The translations under genes were made by a program, and so were the position numbers. Below the pieces are notes generated by a model, which saw only the letters and a list, made by a program, of their open reading frames with translations, did no database searches and was not told the origin of the DNA. 18,894 nucleotides of DNA from Candidatus Micrarchaeota archaeon (GTDB taxonomy: Archaea > Micrarchaeota > Micrarchaeia > Anstonellales > Bilamarchaeaceae). Positions 15,074-18,894 of the stretch are shown piece by piece (the first letter of the stretch is position 1; every line of letters begins with the position of its first letter). The stretch is taken from positions 1 through 18,894 of the forward strand of contig JAQBFN010000041.1 of assembly GCA_032123335.1 (NCBI GenBank). Direction: 5' to 3'.

Positions 15074-16732
15074 CTATGAGTTCAAGAGGGCCTGGTCAAA
15101 TACCCGTGTTGCAAAAATGTCCCCGTCTGCAGTCATCATGTCCGGCCGGGTTATCCCATAAGTTATTATGGACGCCCCTTCCCCTACTGAAAAGTAGTCA
15201 TGCTTGGATTCGGAAAGGACCAGTATGGCATCCACCAACTTGTCGGTCCAGATGGCATAGGAGCCGTTTGTGATCTGGTAGCCCAAATCAATAGTGTATC
15301 CCTCTGTTATGTAATGCTCGTTGTTCACGTAGAGAGTATCTATGATATACGACTTGCCGCCTCCGCTGATGCCGAGTTCACCGGGCCCATTGCTCATTGA
15401 GCTGCCAAGCAGCACGATGTAATGGCCCGTGCTCTTGTATGTGAGAAGTTCGCTGGTGGCTGCGGAGTTGTAGTTTGCAATTGCAGTTACCTGGTATTTG
15501 CTCATGTTCACCGAGCCACCTGCAACCGCCGCGCTGCTCACCACATCATAATTCCATGCAAAGCCTTCAACAGAACTGTGGTTGCCAAGCCAGTCCATCC
15601 AGAGCTGCTCTTCGGATGAGGGGGTGCTGCCGCTCGTTACAAAAAGGACTTCCTTTGTGTAGAGGTAAACAATGAAATCTTCGCTCCGGGCAGGCCCTGT
15701 GTTCCATTCATCATCTATGCACCGGACGCGCACCGTATGGGGACCCTCCGGGAGCGGGTTTATCGAATAGGTGACAACTTCCTTGATGTCGTTGTATGCG
15801 CCATCGGTTGGCTCCATTACGTTCCAGATGCCTGAGCCATCGAGCTCAAGCTCGCATAACGCTATGTACCCGCCTCCTGTTGTGGTTTCGTCAGCTGTTG
15901 CACGAATAGTTGTGGTTGAGAAGATTGTTGGGTTCCTTGGGTTGTGCCTTATGGCGGTTATTATCGGGCCGTCACCATCAGGGGGCCTTGATCTCCCGAT
16001 TACTGCAGTAACCGTGGAAGCGCACTCCGCAATGAACCGGGTACCATTCTTGTCTATGTCCCCGGAAACCAGGATCATGGTGGAATAGCTTCCTGTTTTT
16101 TTTACCTGGGGGATTGTGAATGTGAGGGATATTGAGCTGTTTTCTTCCGGGTCCAACGTGCTTGCGGGCTGTGAAAACTGCATTATATCCGCCAGGTTTC
16201 CGTCTGAAACCGCATTTATGCTGGAAACCCCGTATTCCCCAATATTCCTTACGAGTATCGAACCCGTGCCGTTCTGCCCCTGGATGAAGTTCATTGTCAA
16301 TGAATGGGGTGAACAGGAAAGGACTGTGTTTCCGAACATAACCTTGTGGCTGTCCAGGTGGGTTACGAGAACGTTGTGCGGGCCCGGGCTTGTGGGGATT
16401 TCCCCTATAAGGGCGGGCTTCCCTTCAATGAAGAGGTCGCTTTCCCCGCTTGAGAGGGAAATGCGCACGTGCACGGTGTTGTTGGTGATGCCCGTGAGGA
16501 GGATTCCCTCTGGAGCGTAGATGCTTACATACTCGCTTGAGCCGGGGCCCAGCGAATACATGTAGTCTGCGGAGTTTGAGAGCTTCTGCACCATGTCCCT
16601 TGCCTGGGAAACGCGGACGCTGTCGCTTGCTATGTTAAAGGAGAAATAGAAGAGGACTGCGATGAAGGCGATTCCTATGGCGGCAAGTATAAGCTGCTCC
16701 ATAGATGCCTGCCCTTTCCTGGCCCCGCGCAT
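15074..16732 (-). CDS. Large adhesin-like pilin, paralog A, 552 aa
   Basis: MRGARKG|QASMEQLILA; collinear with 13351-15012 over its full length (ADYMYSLGPGS, VRISLSSGESD, PSSEEQLW, EGFAWNYDV, RVFD.ALL.S). Confidence 0.9.
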   Translation of the reverse strand: MRGARKGQASMEQLILAAIGIAFIAVLFYFSFNIASDSVRVSQARDMVQKLSNSADYMYSLGPGSSEYVSIYAPEGILLTGITNNTVHVRISLSSGESDLFIEGKPALIGEIPTSPGPHNVLVTHLDSHKVMFGNTVLSCSPHSLTMNFIQGQNGTGSILVRNIGEYGVSSINAVSDGNLADIMQFSQPASTLDPEENSSISLTFTIPQVKKTGSYSTMILVSGDIDKNGTRFIAECASTVTAVIGRSRPPDGDGPIITAIRHNPRNPTIFSTTTIRATADETTTGGGYIALCELELDGSGIWNVMEPTDGAYNDIKEVVTYSINPLPEGPHTVRVRCIDDEWNTGPARSEDFIVYLYTKEVLFVTSGSTPSSEEQLWMDWLGNHSSVEGFAWNYDVVSSAAVAGGSVNMSKYQVTAIANYNSAATSELLTYKSTGHYIVLLGSSMSNGPGELGISGGGKSYIIDTLYVNNEHYITEGYTIDLGYQITNGSYAIWTDKLVDAILVLSESKHDYFSVGEGASIITYGITRPDMMTADGDIFATRVFDQALLNS

Positions 16733-16765
16733 GGCAGGTAGTAGCAGGGATTGATTAAAAAATTA
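16733..16765 (-). promoter_or_regulatory. TATA promoter of paralog A, leaderless
   Basis: TTTTAAT at 16760-16754, -28 to -22 from ATG 16732. Confidence 0.65.
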
Positions 16766-16800
16766 TCTATTGTTCCGGGAGTAGGGGCGATAGAGAAGCA

Positions 16801-16825
16801 AGGAAAGAAGAAAAAGGAAAAAAGA
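16801..16825 (-). terminator. Oligo-T terminator after the DUF3566-like gene
   Basis: Minus strand reads TCTTTTTTCCTTTTTCTTCTTTCCT about 20 nt after the stop. Confidence 0.6.
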
Positions 16826-16845
16826 TTTATTTTCAGGAGCTATCC

Positions 16846-17166
16846 CTAGGCTACCCTCTCCCTGAAATCAATATCGATTCCTCCCCCGACTCCAAGAACG
16901 ATGTTGTAGACTACTGCGCTTATGAAACCGACAATGAACATCACGATTGCGGAGACTACCAGGCCTGCAACTCCCATCCCAAAGCCGATTACCAGCGCAA
17001 TGAATGTGCTTACGATATCCGTTCCCTGAGCAAGGCCGAGCAGGGCCATGAGAAGCATAAGCACTGTGTAAAGCGCCAGGGAAATCAATCCAATTACGAA
17101 GGTCCAGACTGCGAGCAGCCTCCCAAGGGAAACTGCCCCAATATGAGTTAAGGTTACTTTGTGCAT
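16846..17166 (-). CDS. Small two-TM membrane protein, DUF3566-like, 106 aa
   Basis: MHKVTLTHIGAVSLGR...two hydrophobic helices...VYNIVLGVGGGIDIDF resembles the DUF3566 pattern. Start at 17166 with SD GGTGA (17175-17171) and TATA TTTTTATA (17204-17197). Confidence 0.8.
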   Translation of the reverse strand: MHKVTLTHIGAVSLGRLLAVWTFVIGLISLALYTVLMLLMALLGLAQGTDIVSTFIALVIGFGMGVAGLVVSAIVMFIVGFISAVVYNIVLGVGGGIDIDFRERVA

Positions 17167-17304
17167 TTCTTCACCGGAAAGAGTAATTCTGCAAAATATA
17201 AAAAGCATGCGGAAGAAATTCAAACGGCGGCCGAACAAAAAAGAAACGTGCATTTGACACGCATCAATAATAACGTTTGGTGGTGTAAATACTAATTGAT
17301 ACGC

Positions 17305-18885
17305 ATGGTTCATGCCCAAAAGAGAAAGAAAACTGAGTTGGAAGGACCTCCAGTTCCGGTAAAAATTGAAGGGGACAGCACTCAGGAGATCAAACACACT
17401 GTTCCAACTAAGATAGATGCGCAGGACCCATTTTTGGAGAAAATGCATGCAGAGCTTACCTACCTGGGCTTTGAGGATGCCGGGCGTGTCCTGGGCGGAA
17501 GAGTTGGGTACGATGGAGAAGTAGTTGACCTTGAATTAGGAATCGGAATGCTTGACCTGACCGCGCACAAGCCACTGATCTACATAAGCCCATCTATCGA
17601 AGTAAACGGGCAGCCAGGAAGATTTGACATTTATGGAAACATACACATGGCGATGCTGCCGGGAAATGAGGACATCGCAGCAATCACAACAATGTACGCC
17701 AATGCGGGTGCAGTATGGAGGCCATTGGAAAGTGAAGAAGGAAATGTTGGGTTCAGGCTTGGCATTGGGCTGGATACGGCAACGGATGTGGGATCTGGGG
17801 GAACAAGTTTGGAAATGAGGGAGGTAGAAATTGGGGCTGCTCTTGATTATGGCAACGTTACAGTTTATGCAATTGAAGAAGTGATGCTATATGAAAGGGA
17901 TGTCAGAGGCGGGGGATGGGAAAGCCTGACCCCCCAGCACCGCAATGTCAAGGGAGGCCTTAGGCTACAGTTCGATGCAGCAGTGATAGATGCGCAGATA
18001 TTCTACAACCAACTGGAAACCGGGGGAATGGTGGCTATTTCAACTGATACGGGAAAACTTATTCCTGAAATTTACGGGAGTGTCAGCCACGGAATGCTGC
18101 CCCTTCTGGGGGATGAAATGATGATGGGGGCAAGGATTCGTTTTGGAGGAAAAAAGAAACATTTGGCCCTGAAACTGGCCCAAGGTTTTAGAGATGGAAG
18201 GGGACTTGGCTCTGCCAAACACATACGGATGAGGGATAGTAAGGATGAATCCGCAGATATTTTTGAAGAACACATAAACAATGCAGAAACATTTGAAGAA
18301 TTCGCAGAACAGTATGCCGATGAATCTGTTGAGGAGGTATTGTATGCGGCGCAGAAACTGGGGCAAATTGCAGGAGAAACGGCAGATGAAAAAAGGTGGG
18401 CTGATATTGTTAAAAAGACCGCGCTTTCCCAGGAATACCAGGATGCTTTGGGGCTGAGCAACGAAGAGCTGTATAGTGGATTAAGAGACCTTTTTATTGA
18501 TGGAGATACTGAACAGGACAGAGTATGGGCCTGTGTTGCTGTTAGTTTGCTCCAAGCCAACCTGTTCAGAAAAAAGGGGATGAAAACATATCTCCTTGGC
18601 ATTACCACGCAGGGGGGAAGCCACATTGCAGTGATCACACAAAATCCGAAAACAAAGGAATCTTACCTGCTTAGTTTTGATGTCCTCTTTTCAGATGAAA
18701 ACGGGACTATCTGGCCGCTCTTGCGGGGATGGGAGGAATTCGACAGATGCATCATCCGGGGATTTTACCTCTATGGAAAAAATAATAAAATGATAAACTA
18801 TTATGAAACACCCCAGGGGAAGATGATGCGGGAAGCAGCAGGGGCAGGAAAAGACCCTCTTGAGGAAATATTGAAGAGAAAATAA
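17305..18885 (+). CDS. Hypothetical protein, 526 aa: beta-barrel-like N-terminal region plus putative transglutaminase/papain-like Cys-His domain
   Basis: Long ORF; ATG 17305 preferred over TTG 17296. About 14 alternating Gly/aromatic strands ending MGARIRF, then a helical region, then WACVAVSLL...GSHIAV...YLLSFD. No signal peptide or TM helix. The coding call is firm; the domain calls are tentative. Confidence 0.8.
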   Translation: MVHAQKRKKTELEGPPVPVKIEGDSTQEIKHTVPTKIDAQDPFLEKMHAELTYLGFEDAGRVLGGRVGYDGEVVDLELGIGMLDLTAHKPLIYISPSIEVNGQPGRFDIYGNIHMAMLPGNEDIAAITTMYANAGAVWRPLESEEGNVGFRLGIGLDTATDVGSGGTSLEMREVEIGAALDYGNVTVYAIEEVMLYERDVRGGGWESLTPQHRNVKGGLRLQFDAAVIDAQIFYNQLETGGMVAISTDTGKLIPEIYGSVSHGMLPLLGDEMMMGARIRFGGKKKHLALKLAQGFRDGRGLGSAKHIRMRDSKDESADIFEEHINNAETFEEFAEQYADESVEEVLYAAQKLGQIAGETADEKRWADIVKKTALSQEYQDALGLSNEELYSGLRDLFIDGDTEQDRVWACVAVSLLQANLFRKKGMKTYLLGITTQGGSHIAVITQNPKTKESYLLSFDVLFSDENGTIWPLLRGWEEFDRCIIRGFYLYGKNNKMINYYETPQGKMMREAAGAGKDPLEEILKRK

Positions 18886-18894
18886 AGGCATCTT

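Noticed and set aside
17254..17271. Bacterial sigma70 promoter (TTGACA ... AATAAT)
   Set aside because: The spacing is about 6 nt rather than 16-18, and the context is archaeal.
467..18891. Numerous short or antisense ORFs in the track (e.g. 469-1191, 2907-3434, 4113-4667, 18072-18638)
   Set aside because: They are shadows of well-supported genes, mostly on the opposite strand, with no recognisable motifs.
1..18894. CRISPR array, rRNA, integrase or transposase
   Set aside because: No regularly spaced repeats, rRNA-like tract or recombinase/transposase ORF was seen.

Overview
This is an archaeal window: TATA-box promoters, GGTGA-type ribosome-binding sites, oligo-T terminators, a tRNA without encoded CCA and class III signal peptides. 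Gene content suggests a DPANN lineage, probably Micrarchaeota (inference). From left to right it holds a possible CDS 3' end, tRNA-Leu(CAG), and a minus-strand two-component operon (cytoplasmic six-PAS histidine kinase, membrane CHASE4-HAMP-PAS histidine kinase, stand-alone receiver). That operon is transcribed divergently from a plus-strand major type IV pilin. Converging on the pilin is a minus-strand type IV pilus locus: two tandem ~550-aa adhesin-like pilins duplicated with their promoters, four minor pilins, a CBS-wHTH protein, a PilB/TadA-type ATPase and two PilC/TadC-type platform proteins. A DUF3566-like membrane protein and an orphan 526-aa protein (beta-barrel-like region plus a Cys-His transglutaminase/papain-like domain) close the window. 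The best candidate for a new system is a sensor-regulated attachment pilus with paralogous, tip-diversified adhesins. The beta-barrel-like orphan is the most unusual single protein. All domain calls come from reading motifs by eye; no searches were run.
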